Assembly: GCA_964035545.1 (NCBI GenBank)
Contig: OZ037765.1
Location: 34,037,504-34,101,503 of the forward strand
Source: Bugula neritina
Lineage: Eukaryota > Animalia > Bryozoa
Length of the DNA stretch: 64,000 nucleotides
Direction: 5' to 3'
Below the pieces are notes generated by a model, which ran no database searches, was not told where the DNA came from, and worked only from the letters and a program-made list of their open reading frames with translations. Within the stretch, counting starts at the first letter, position 1; the number at the start of each line of letters is the position of its first letter. Shown piece after piece: positions 41,701 to 50,794 of the stretch. Both the position numbers and the translations under genes were made by a program.

Positions 41701-43244
41701 GTATAGATATAACACAGTATTGTATTGTGTAGTATAGATATAGCACACTATTGTATTGTGTAGTATAGATATAGCACAGTATTATATTGTGTAGTATAGA
41801 TATAGCACACTGTCGTATTGTGTAGTATAGATATAGCACAGTATTGTATTAAATTTCATTTACTTAGTCATATAACTTTATTACTGTGCTTATAAAAAAA
41901 AGCATGAAGGAGTTATCTCAGCAAATAACAGCTCTAGAACACCTGCTAGTTTACAGTCAATATATTTCTACCAGTTTGTTTGTAGAATACCATAAAAATA
42001 CCTCCAACTAAAGAGAGCAAGTTTTTCCCAAACGCCGCGTGGTTGGCTACATTCAGGAAGTTGTAAATGCTTCTATCTGACCAATCAGAGGGCTGATAGC
42101 CGAGATACTTGGAGATGTTGTCCGTGACAGACACGACTTTCCCCTGGGAGTCCACAACAAACAGAAATGCCTCCATCTCCTGGAACAGAGAGACTTTATG
42201 CCAGATTCAGATGGAGAGTGATGTGTTATGAGTATATCTGTATGAGCTATCAATTTCATCAGAAATAAGGAATGAAAAACATTTTAGTATTAATTTTAGT
42301 TTGTATATAATAAAGTTACCTCCAGAGCAGGTGCAAACAGCTCAGTAGCAAGGACGGGTGGGTTGCTGGACGACACGTCCCCATCTTGTACCGGAGCATC
42401 AGCTACGCATGCTATATAAATTACAGGACATAGCAGTGTACATAGGGCAGATAACTCTTAAAACAAGTATGACACAAATTTGGAAAACCACTATTTCAGG
42501 AGATTTTACAATAACTTTGTGAGAAGAAAGAATATTTTAATCAGAATTTTTCTTGCAGATTGGAGTTATCTTTCTTATTTAGCACACTGCATTTAGTAGA
42601 CAACTTGTTCGACACGAGAATTAATACTCTGCAGATGTGATATTTTACTGCTTTTCTTTACAACCTGATCATAAATACGTTTTACTTCATTCAGATCTTG
42701 AATTTGTAAAAAGGCAGCATATTTTACAAATGGAATATTTACAATTAAATACCTGATGACTCATTAAGCCAAACCAATTTAATCAAAGTTTTTGGTTTAA
42801 AAATTGTGTCTAGTCTGAATTGTATAGTTAAACTTGACTTACTAATTGCAACATATGAAGTTATCCCACCCTGGATCATCATGGAATACTTCAGTTTTAT
42901 ATTTCATTGCTAATTTATGTCAATTGGTATTGCTTTTAGTTGAGTTATTTTATCATTTTAGATACCGACTTGTATGTTATACCAGAAAATTAACATTAAC
43001 AAACTCGACTTGAGTTGGACTTCTAATTGACTTGTAGCATTGACTTGACACTATTGTGCATGTGCTTGACACTACTGTGCATGTATTTGACACTACTGTG
43101 CATGTATTTGACACTACTGTGCATGTGCTTGACACTTCTGTGCATGTACTCACATTTGTTGAGGCAGATTATTTTCTTAGCAACCTCTTGCAATAGGAGA
43201 TCTTTATCTGAGGTCTTCGAATTGACACTAGGAGAAGACATCAT
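491..43244 (-). CDS. NCOA: p160 nuclear receptor coactivator (NCOA/SRC/taiman-like bHLH-PAS protein); 16 coding exons, ~962 aa in window, 3' end lies outside the window
   Basis: Phase-compatible GT-AG exons: 43244-43154, 42411-42320, 42179-42002, 39150-39079, 36614-36528, 36136-35944, 34999-34902, 24267-24114, 20555-20263, 18837-18580 (donor could be 18586), 18126-18022, 16939-16698, 12136-12053, 11955-11854, 4351-4166, 1142-491. p160 hallmarks: loop/helix 2 MSSPSVNSKTSDKDLLLQEVAKKI, PVQDGDVSSS linker, PAS-A EMEAFLFVVDSQGKV, SHFPCRM, LICVAQR, PAS-B IYRLKL..VFVQT..ILSKHSIL, LxxLL boxes LRKLL, LKQLL, LEKLL, LEQLL, LESLL. Confidence 0.9.
1155..1845. repeat. 23-bp minisatellite (ACTCAGACTATACAGTATATATT), ~30 copies
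   Basis: Tandem units. Confidence 0.95.
2252..2661. repeat. (AGT)n microsatellite
   Basis: Imperfect trinucleotide run; source of the poly-V/poly-L ORFs. Confidence 0.95.
2877..3700. repeat. 14-bp minisatellite (ACACTACACAGTAY)
   Basis: Tandem units built from 7-bp subunits. Confidence 0.95.
4166..4351 (-). CDS. NCOA: NCOA exon with NR box LEKLL
   Basis: NPDSGRGTKRKIS...SQNTQLLEKLLSSKSGENISVTKPK. Confidence 0.88.
6206..11544. mobile_element. Decayed Kolobok-superfamily DNA transposon (5.3 kb) in an NCOA intron
   Basis: TTAA at 6202-6205 and 11545-11548; 24-bp TIRs ACATCGTAGGCATCCAGGTTATTT / AGGCCGTAAGCATCCAGGTTATTT (reverse complement; 20/24 identical, right end starts AGG); internal KolX-like pseudogene; very AT-rich interior. 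Confidence 0.8.
8152..8750 (+). pseudogene. KolX-like (P2X7 cytoplasmic ballast-like) Cys-rich accessory gene remnant, two exons (~8152-8371, ~8569-8750)
   Basis: Across stops and frameshifts: IEEWCK*KKFQAQKAKEQSECCQSCEEALEK / VTYHPG / SRVLEVTFNSY, then CSYRVLIFWLFPNLHRRQRKPPSACLYN*VQ, matching the WCxCxxC..CC..HPG..VL..Y..YR...W......R.P.P.C pattern. Confidence 0.7.
11595..11842. repeat. (AGT)n microsatellite
   Basis: Imperfect trinucleotide run next to the donor at 11853. Confidence 0.93.
11854..11955 (-). CDS. NCOA: NCOA exon
   Basis: VVSTKKSPPAQSPTSSSVNHSRRHSSGGSSTDIS; attcag acceptor, GTAAGT donor. Confidence 0.8.
12053..12136 (-). CDS. NCOA: NCOA exon completing the second NR box
   Basis: QLLNNDVEKQEARPGLLDKLRCKEEEKE; phase 0-0. 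Confidence 0.85.
12150..13323. repeat. 37-bp minisatellite (GTAGTCTGAGAATATACAGTAGCAGGTAGAGATGTCA), ~32 copies
   Basis: Tandem units with no unique spacers. Confidence 0.95.
14417..15182. repeat. 15-bp minisatellite (TATACCTGTATACTA)
   Basis: Tandem units. Confidence 0.95.
16698..16939 (-). CDS. NCOA: NCOA exon with NR box LRKLL and first half of LK|QLL
   Basis: DPNTVLRKLLQAKDDD...SDQHQLLK. Confidence 0.88.
18022..18126 (-). CDS. NCOA: NCOA exon
   Basis: DSTTSHTGTFTSRASFDSTLQQLDNVNLSYSTTS; cttctgttacag acceptor, GTAAGA donor. Confidence 0.72.
18580..18837 (-). CDS. NCOA: NCOA exon (S/T-rich)
   Basis: GVPQLPDVNFNDCYPSPR...DVSAITS; donor at 18580 or 18586, both phase 1. Confidence 0.78.
18875..18972. 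repeat. 19-bp minisatellite (TACATCATATGTATTTATA)
   Basis: About 5 tandem units. Confidence 0.85.
19131..19572. mobile_element. MITE-like non-autonomous TIR element (442 bp), possibly PIF/Harbinger-type
   Basis: Termini GCGTAGAGTCACAC and GTGTGGCCCTACGC (12/14 inverted match), flanked by TA on both sides; CpG-rich subterminal regions; no coding capacity. Confidence 0.6.
19720..19885. repeat. 21-bp purine-rich minisatellite (GGTGGAGAGAAGGKTAGAAAG)
   Basis: Tandem units. Confidence 0.85.
20263..20555 (-). CDS. NCOA: NCOA exon (S/T/P-rich)
   Basis: ECSPAELKGSASTSFMKAV...MTLMS; GC-rich, phase 2 to 1. Confidence 0.85.
20558..22950. repeat. 21-bp minisatellite (GTAATATATACAGTACACAGA), ~114 copies
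   Basis: Largest array; source of the 300-900 aa spurious ORFs. Confidence 0.97.
23040..23275. repeat. (AGT/AGC/GGT)n compound microsatellite
   Basis: Trinucleotide runs. Confidence 0.9.
23650..23745. repeat. (GA)n microsatellite followed by poly-G
   Basis: Direct observation. Confidence 0.9.
24114..24267 (-). CDS. NCOA: NCOA exon (PAS-B C-terminal part)
   Basis: SSSIYRLKLGSTQHVFVQTCSHLTSAESQSSLFILSKHSIL; GTAAGT donor. Confidence 0.88.
24853..25029. repeat. 20-bp minisatellite (CACATTACTTCCTTCCAGAA)
   Basis: About 9 units. Confidence 0.9.
25131..25375. mobile_element. Small foldback-like element with tandem 15-bp subterminal repeats
   Basis: Six AGGTAAYAATGGCAC units on the left, inverted copy GTGCCATTATTACCT near the right end preceded by GTGCCATTT units; AAACCCC-rich core. 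Confidence 0.55.
26075..26245. repeat. ~39-bp minisatellite (CACTATATCATAGTTACTAACTATTACTCAGTACTATAA)
   Basis: About 4 units. Confidence 0.9.
26658..26772. repeat. 15-bp minisatellite (GAGAAATGGKCCAGT)
   Basis: About 8 units. Confidence 0.9.
28093..28575. repeat. 15-bp minisatellite (AAACCYAGCACCTAC), ~32 copies
   Basis: Tandem units. Confidence 0.95.
30696..30842. repeat. 8-bp repeat (GTGTAGAA)n
   Basis: Tandem units. Confidence 0.9.
32465..32685. repeat. 22-bp minisatellite (GTAATACATTGTACTWGCTGCA)
   Basis: About 10 units. Confidence 0.9.
32735..33300. repeat. 20-bp minisatellite (TCAGCTAGTAGACARGGTRT-like)
   Basis: About 28 units. Confidence 0.93.
34902..34999 (-). CDS. NCOA: NCOA exon (PAS-B)
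   Basis: SQLPVQTDYFVGKKFTDFICSQDIPRFQTHIDA; ttttttag acceptor, GTAAGA donor. Confidence 0.85.
35040..35410. repeat. 13-bp minisatellite (CAGAAGATAGTAR)
   Basis: Tandem units. Confidence 0.9.
35944..36136 (-). CDS. NCOA: NCOA exon (end of PAS-A, start of PAS-B)
   Basis: GSKMYLICVAQR...FETTSTTDWMVISSDV; strong pyrimidine tract before the acceptor. Confidence 0.85.
36528..36614 (-). CDS. NCOA: NCOA exon
   Basis: GGGEKKRDVHVMISSRPYYLDNEHSRCSP; 87 nt, phase 1-1. Confidence 0.75.
39079..39150 (-). CDS. NCOA: NCOA exon (PAS-A continuation)
   Basis: DPKGEVGKFSKPSHFPCRMHQCPA; tttcag acceptor, GTATTG donor. Confidence 0.85.
40980..41850. repeat. 31-bp minisatellite (TATTGTGTAGTATAGATATAGCACACTATTG), ~28 copies
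   Basis: Tandem units. Confidence 0.95.
42002..42179 (-). CDS. NCOA: NCOA exon (PAS-A)
   Basis: EMEAFLFVVDSQGKVVSVTDNISKYLGYQPSDWSDRSIYNFLNVANHAAFGKNLL. Confidence 0.93.
42320..42411 (-). CDS. NCOA: NCOA exon (bHLH-PAS linker)
   Basis: CVADAPVQDGDVSSSNPPVLATELFAPALE; phase 1 to 0. Confidence 0.9.
43042..43153. repeat. 21-bp minisatellite (TTGACACTACTGTGCATGTRY)
   Basis: About 5 units running into the NCOA donor. Confidence 0.88.
43154..43244 (-). CDS. NCOA: NCOA first inferred coding exon (bHLH loop/helix 2); exon acceptor at 43286
   Basis: MMSSPSVNSKTSDKDLLLQEVAKKIICLNK; cttacag acceptor, GTGAGT donor; start codon uncertain because of an upstream in-frame TGA. Confidence 0.75.
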
Positions 43245-46200
43245 TGTCTGATAATTCCCAACATCTCAAACAAGCTCCAGGTAGACCTGTAAGTCAAATA
43301 GTAAGTCTAAATAGTAAGTACAAGTATGAAGTAACTGAAACAAACATCTCCTTATATATATACATCACATCAAAAGTAAATATACAGTACATATAAGCAT
43401 GTACATTAATTGGTATTACACAATACATATATACACAGCACATATATACACAGTACATATATACACAGCACATATATACACAGCACATATATACACAGCA
43501 CATATGTCCATAACATATGTCCACTACCCACTAGCTATCCTACATATTCAATTTACTTATGAAAGAAGAATGTAAACAATAAAATACTAACAAAGATAAA
43601 TAAAAGGTTATGATATTCACTGTCATCAATAGCCTTAGCTGCTTGCCCTGCAGATATTTTACGTGACAGCAGATAAAGAAAACAATGCAGCATAAACTGG
43701 AGTAGGACTAGAAGTTGACACTCTGTTTAATATATGTAATGATAATTTAATAGAGTGCCAATGTTCCCTGCTGCATTGTTGTTACAGTGATGTGAAAGTT
43801 TTTACTAGACTTTATATGCCAGAATGTTGGATTGTTTAGTCATTAGAGGTTTGCCACCAAATCACTACTATTATTAGTACTGGAGTAACTGATCCTATTA
43901 GTACTGGAATGACTGAAACTATTAGTACTGGAATTACTGAAACTATTAGTACTAGATTAACTGGTACTATTAGTACTGTAGTAACATGATGCACTGAAAT
44001 TGTCTTTCCTTGAAATGGGTTTCATCAGTCGGTAAGCATCAAGGATAATTTCAGATATTAGAAATTGGAACACAACCCATACCAGTCATCATAATTTGCT
44101 CAATTCTTGAAAGACTCCTGAAGACTTCCTAGCTGATAAAAATATGACACTTTGCAAAATTAAGCAAGAAGTAAATCAAATTTTAACTAAAAAGTGTCAA
44201 CATGACATTCTTAGCAGTTAGGCAATTTTTGAAAAGCAAAAATATAGTAATGGAGTTGAAATAGAATCTGAGTTTTCATGCACATTTAAAGCCTCTGTGA
44301 ATATTCTAGAGTGATTATAAATACGCTGCTCAGTAATACCAGTCCTACAGCCAGCTATGGCAAACTCCAACTTACCCTAGCTCTGATCAATACAACCTGA
44401 CATTAGCTCGCTTGGCAAGTGAGCTAGAGAGTACTTTACTAGGTGAGTACTTTACAAGGTGAGTTATGAGAATGGTATGCGAGAAGTACAGTATACTGCT
44501 GGTATCTGAGGAAGCCCTGTTACTCTCATTCCAGTTAATTGGTGAAAATAGTGCAAACAATACGCAAGTCCAGTGCTTCCTCCTTATCCCACTAAACTAG
44601 GGGTCCCAAAACCTCATTTTGTGACATAGTAGGACACCAAATTTAATTCACAGATCAATTGAATTTGGTCATTTTTTCCATACACACATACATAAGCCAC
44701 AAAATGAGGTCCAAGCCCTTTTCGTGACCTATGGAACTTCATGAGATACAGGGGGCATAAGATACAGGGGGCATAAGATACAGAGGGCATAAGATACAGA
44801 GGGCATAAGATACAGAGGGCGCATTTATTTAAAAACAAACTTGCCCAAACATCAAACTTAGCTAATTTTTTGTAAATATATAGATGCTGTTTAACAAGGA
44901 GGTTAAATAAAGTTATCAAGATTAAAACCAAGAGCCTTGAAGAGCTCAATGTTATTCTAGGATAGTGCTTAGTCACTATAGCAGATATTTAATCAAGAGA
45001 GACAACTTCTGTTAAAGTGTCTTAATATATATATCTACCGGACAGCTTCACTTGTACACTCTCAGATTACTTGTATTCAAACAAGCAACAACTTGTCAAA
45101 GTGAAAAACTATATGCTGAAGATGAGAATTTAGTGCAATGTAATTGAAGAGGGTATCTCGGTTATATAACCACAGTATCTTATTCAATAGAATAGACACG
45201 GAGTGCAATTGCTTGAACAACCAGAATAATACATTGAAAACCCTATTTGACACGATGTCATTATATTTAATAGGTTATCACTGTTCTGCAACATTCTGAT
45301 CTCACATGCTTCTCACTTTTTATTATGTTGATAATCTAGGCCTGGTTCACCTGAGAACATGTGGTGTGCCACGTAACATAACACTAGTAAGTGACAGTCT
45401 AACACTAGAAGCCTGTATAATATTGACTAAGTCAAGTCAGTGAAAAAATTTTTAATACAATAATCAAACAAGTTACTATAACAAAACTTTGACCATAAAA
45501 TTGCTAATGAGCTGAAGCTTATAGCTGTTCATTGAGGTGCTTAAGTGCTAAAATGTCGTGTTTCACTCTCAGTGAGGGCCTACAGCAGGTTGCTTAAAGT
45601 ACCGGTACCAGTTGCTTCAAAAGTGTTTTGATGTTTCTTTACCCAGTAGGTCTAGTTATTCTTACTAATATGCAAAATATTGAGAAAAACATGAAGATTG
45701 AGCTGCGACAACCACTTCAGAATTAAATGATTAAATACTATTTACTTGATACAAATTTATTGAACTTATAATAAATACCAAGCTGTAGAAAACATTCAGC
45801 CATATAGTGTTTGTATTTTATGAGGTTATTTTAAATTAATGATTAGGTGAATATATGGTTATTTTTAGGCACTTATCAGAATTGATCGATGGTGGTTTAA
45901 GTCACTCAGAATTACTCAAAAAAGCAGTTGAACTAATTTGAGTAAATCAACTAACTTATACGTAGCAGAGTAATAGTAACTGAGCTCAGGTCACTGCTAC
46001 AGCTTGCTATCGACAAAACCCATTGCGTTCTTGGAGGAGAATAGTTAATAAATTGAAAATGACAGTAAATAAAATTCTATTTTAGGCCAGTGTCAGGGTT
46101 GAGCAACATAATATTTCAGATGCTTGCATCTGGGATCATTAAATGCAAAGACACAATGAGATTTACAACACTTGAGGTGTAACTACTTATAACTCTATTT

Positions 46201-48697
46201 ACTGATAGGAAAACTTGGACTGCATGAATTCAAATTATTTAATAGGACTTTCTCAAAAAACTATTATATAGACATTTTCTAATCATATACTACTTGAATT
46301 AAATAATAATTATCAGTTGTCAGTTCAGCAATAAACTCCATAATCGTATTTCCTGATACAACAAAAACATGACAGTGATTATTAGGATTCAACTTGCTTT
46401 TAGAATTGACCTAAGACTCTTACACTGAAGATGCGACTCAAAGATTTGAGATTTACATCCATGTTGACAATGTAACCAGAAATGTTGCACTCACACTCAA
46501 TGACTCATAGTAATAGTAACAGTAACAGTGATCTTGATAATCAGTTATACTGATATTGACTTTACTGATAATAATGTTTATATTGACTGTAACTTTCAAT
46601 ACTACAGTAAAACCTCAGAAATAAAAACTGAGACATTAGCTGCTCTCACAGTGAGACTCGGTGACCGAGTATGAAACCATTACTAGGAGCATACAACTAC
46701 ATAAACTAAATTCATAACTGAAACTGACACACAACAAGAACCAGCAGTGAGGGAACATAATGCAAATGATTATGTCTGCAGGTGCTACTATTGCAGTTCC
46801 ACTGCAACTTCAACTTTGATAAAAGTTTCACTATGATTCTAAACATGAGTCTAATATCAATATGTACTAGATTTGAATATCATTTAGTTTTACACAGTTT
46901 ATAACTACTGTTTGATTAACTCATAGTCACTCTGTTTAAAATATGCTCACTATGACTGTCAAGTCCTTTATAGTAAATCAATATGAATTTTCAAACTGAG
47001 TTACTCGATGAATAACTTACTGTCAGGAATTACTCTTACAGTTACTGTAAATGTTGGTGTGACTGTAACTGTGAGTGTTAGTTTGATTTTTTTCCCCAAT
47101 TCTACAATTTTTGGTTCAACTTAATCTTAGGTTTATTGATTTGATACTTATACATGACTTGTAGTTGTAGATTATAACTTACTGAGTTACTTACTATTAG
47201 TATTACCATTAGCATTAGTACTACAAAATACTATGAGTGAGTAACTTAGTAGCTTACATAAATTTGGTCATAATAATAACCTTACAGTTACACAGTTAGC
47301 AAAACTAAATTATTTTCCTTCTTAAACCTTACTTATTAATATTAATTCATAATTGTAAACTGTAACCGAGTGCAATGGAACCATACACTGTACAGTCATT
47401 GTCAATGTTGCAGTGACTGTGAGTTAGTTACTGTTGATGTTACACATACTGCTAGTGCTAGTGTTACACTTACTGTTGAACTTACTTTTCGATTCATACG
47501 TTGAGAATTACTATAACCATTAGTGTTTACTGCTTTAGTTACAAACTAAAACTTACAGCAAGTGAAACAGTAACTGTAAGTGTTACTGTTGGACTTAGTG
47601 TTACTCAATTATACTTGCAGTTAGTGTTACATTGGTCTTACTGTAAAACTCAGTCACTGTCTGCCAATGTTATCTCCACACTGAACTTCCCTAGAGGAAA
47701 GAAGGAGTGTGCCACTGTCAAATTCAATCACAATGTATCAATGTCACTATCACTATGAGTATGAGTATGACTGCGACACTCATTTTCACACTAACCAAAC
47801 TCACTCTCAGACCGAGACTGTGTCAGTGCAAGACTGAGTGTGAGTGCCACTCTGACTCACTCAGTATCATTGTAGTGCCAGCTAATTTGAAAATAAATTA
47901 ATTTTAAAATAGTTAAAGTAAAACTAAAAGTAAAACTAAAAGTAAAAGACAAAAAGTGAAATATTAAATAAAAAATATACCTGTCTGTGGAACTGGAAAT
48001 AGTCAGATACGTATAAAACTATAGCAGTAAAATAATGTGAGATGTAACTTGGGGTTTATAGAATTGCTGATAGTTAATTAGAATATTATATAAAACTTAA
48101 AACCATGCTGTATTCACACTACTAGTACTACAATCAATAGCTATTAAATTTAATCGTAGTTGATAACGTTTACACTTTTTGCAAGAAATACAGGTATGCA
48201 TGCTTGCTACTTTTAGCCTGCAGAAACAATACATGAATTTGAAAGGAACAGCGGGATCAGCTTGCTGCCCGTAAAATCTTTGAAATATCTGGTTTTTGCT
48301 TTACAAAAAATAAGACAACTCCAAAGGTTTTGTCTTAAACAGCCAGAATAGAATGTAAGCAGCTAAGTGTTTACTGTGTAGCCTATTATACTATTATAAT
48401 AGTAGTAAAAGTATGCATACATAACTACGACACTCCTATTTTATAATGGCTCAATTTTGTTGTCCAATTAGTACTAGAACAATATATTCCTGTTTGGCTG
48501 TTTGAAGAATGTATCCCAGATAATAATGCGATCACAGGTATCCTTGTATACAATACACCTACATAAAAATTATGTAGTATATTGTAATAATTCAATATAT
48601 AAATTGATATATAAATTATTATTTACATAAATATATACCCCATGCACATAAATATATACCCCACATAAACAGATCCCACATAATTATTATATACGTG

Positions 48698-48718
48698 TTT
48701 GTGCGTGTGCGTGTGCGT

Positions 48719-48782
<64 letters not shown>
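48698..48782. repeat. (GTGCGT)n(GT)n microsatellite
   Basis: Direct observation. Confidence 0.92.
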
Positions 48783-48784
<2 letters not shown>

Positions 48785-48958
48785 CCATGTATAATATTCA
48801 CACGATATTGTTTCTAGAAACAGTTTAAAAATTTTTCATCATTAGTCAAAATTGCTTTGTATATAACTAATTTTGGAAATAGGCCAATAAATATAAATAA
48901 GCACTATGCTATTGGAGTAAACGGTTCTTCGTGAAAATAGGCTACGGAGTTGTTCTAC

Positions 48959-49122
48959 CTTCTACTCTTGGCCAGCAATATCTGCTATAGTCAGAGTTTA
49001 AGTCGTAGCGAGCCCATTTATCTTGGTAATTTGTTTTATAATTTTCAGAAAATTTCCAAGAACTAAGTGGCTTATTGAGTAATTCAATTTAAAATCTATA
49101 GAAGGTAATATTATCTAGAGCT
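48959..49122. promoter_or_regulatory. Putative bidirectional promoter / NCOA non-coding first exon next to the NDUFAB1 start
   Basis: Minus-strand donor AAG|GTAGAA at 48959, 164 bp from the NDUFAB1 ATG; the two genes are divergent. Confidence 0.35.
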
Positions 49123-50794
49123 ATGACTACTCGAAATGCAATTTGCAAATATTTAATTTTGCTGCAACAAAATTTAAAAACAGGTAATGCGCTTTCTCTA
49201 AACACATGGCAGTGTAATTTTCGAAGAAGCGTACATTTGCGAGTTCCACTTCTATTCCGAAAGCCGTCAGACTCAGTATCACCACGAACATGGAATCTGG
49301 ATCTCCGAGTGTCTCCAAATTCTCCATCACAAGTAATTTAGCATTAAATTTAAAAATTTATTTGAGCTTTTTTCAAGTTATTATTGAAAGAAGCTATAGC
49401 AATAACTCGTCTTTGACTTATTCAATAAGTCAAAGAAGATGAGTTTTCTCACAAAGTGAAAGTGAAAAACGTTTTTGAAATTGATAATCAAAATGATAAT
49501 ATAAATAAATATTAAATTAATATTAATCTATGACCTTTGTTTTACCAAGCTATAGCTTCTAAGTCTATGGCCTAGCCGAAGGCTGCTCTCAAGAGTTTTT
49601 TCTACAAATATTACTTACAAATTCCAGTAATAAATTGCATTAGCTGGTAAGTTATAGATATTCATTCACTTGAGATTATTATTATTTCAGATTCAATCTG
49701 TTCGACTATGCTCTTCTAAAGAAACTGATATTTCTAACAGAGTGTTGGAATGTATCCGTCAGTTTGACAAGCTCGGTGCAAAGTCAGCAGAGGTATGGTC
49801 GGTGACTCAGCTCATGACTCATCTGTGTACTGTATGACTCATCTATATACTGTATGACTCAGCTGTATACTGTATGACTCATCTATATACTGTATGACTC
49901 AGCTGTATACTGTATGACTCATCTATATACTGTATGATTCAACTGTGTACTGTATGACTCAGCCATATACTGTATGACTCATCTATATACTGTATGACTT
50001 AGCCATATACTCTATGATTCGGTTATATACTGTATACAAGTTACACAGTTGTGATTAGCTGAGAGTTCATTTGGTTGTGTGACCATTACACTCGTCACAT
50101 ATATTTTATTATGTTAATTTACTTTGACTCTACTTTGCAGGTTGAGTTGAACAGTCGGTTTGCTCAGGACCTGTCTATGGACAGTCTGGATCACGTGGAG
50201 ATGATCATGTCTATAGAAGATGAGTTTGGTTAGCTATTCCTTGCATTACTCTACTTTTAATTTTCCAAAGTGTGATGGAATATTCATATAATCATTCAAA
50301 GTTAATTTTAGATAAAAATAAATAAAATTAAATAATGGTTGTTTTATATGTCTTTGAAAGTGGATATAGTTTTTATCAGTAGCTCTTTTGTTAGTTGCAG
50401 GAATCAACAGTATCAATAATGTTTGCTCTTTGCTTCTGATTGACTCCCAAAGCAAGATTAGCTAGAAGAACTTTTATTTCCTGGAGTGTTACTAGCTATA
50501 GTGGTTTATATTGAGCTGTATATAATAACAAATTATTCTCTACTGTACATGATATGGTTTAATAATGTTTATGTTTCCATTAGCCTGAGTGTCATGTTGC
50601 CTTCTAACTGTAACTGGCCAATTCTCATTGTCGCCTAATCTATATAATAAAAGCAGCTGGACATGTTTAGTATGCTGTATTTGGTGTCTTGTATTTTAGG
50701 AGTTGAAATACCGGATGCTGAGCTAGAAAGTATGGATACGCCAGCTAAAATTGTCGAGTATTTAATAAACAAAGCAGATCTTCCAAATCTGTAG
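49123..50794 (+). CDS. NDUFAB1: Mitochondrial acyl carrier protein (complex I subunit NDUFAB1-like), 4 exons, 164 aa
   Basis: Exons 49123-49332 (R/S/L-rich, acid-poor, transit-peptide-like), 49691-49792 (ISNRVLECIRQFDKL), 50141-50228 (FAQDLSMDSLDHVEMIMSIEDEF, phosphopantetheine Ser in DSL), 50700-50794 (GVEIPDAELESMDTPAKIVEYL..TAG); all phases fit. Exon 1 is the least certain. Confidence 0.92.
49803..50037. repeat. 20-bp minisatellite (TGACTCATCTATATACTGTA) in NDUFAB1 intron 2
   Basis: About 11 units. Confidence 0.92.

Noticed and set aside
49530-49646. Alternative NDUFAB1 first exon ending at the GTAAGT donor at 49647
   Set aside because: Both nearby ATGs hit stops quickly and a TAG is in frame just before the donor; 49123-49332 fits phase and looks like a transit peptide. 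Could still be a non-coding or poison exon.
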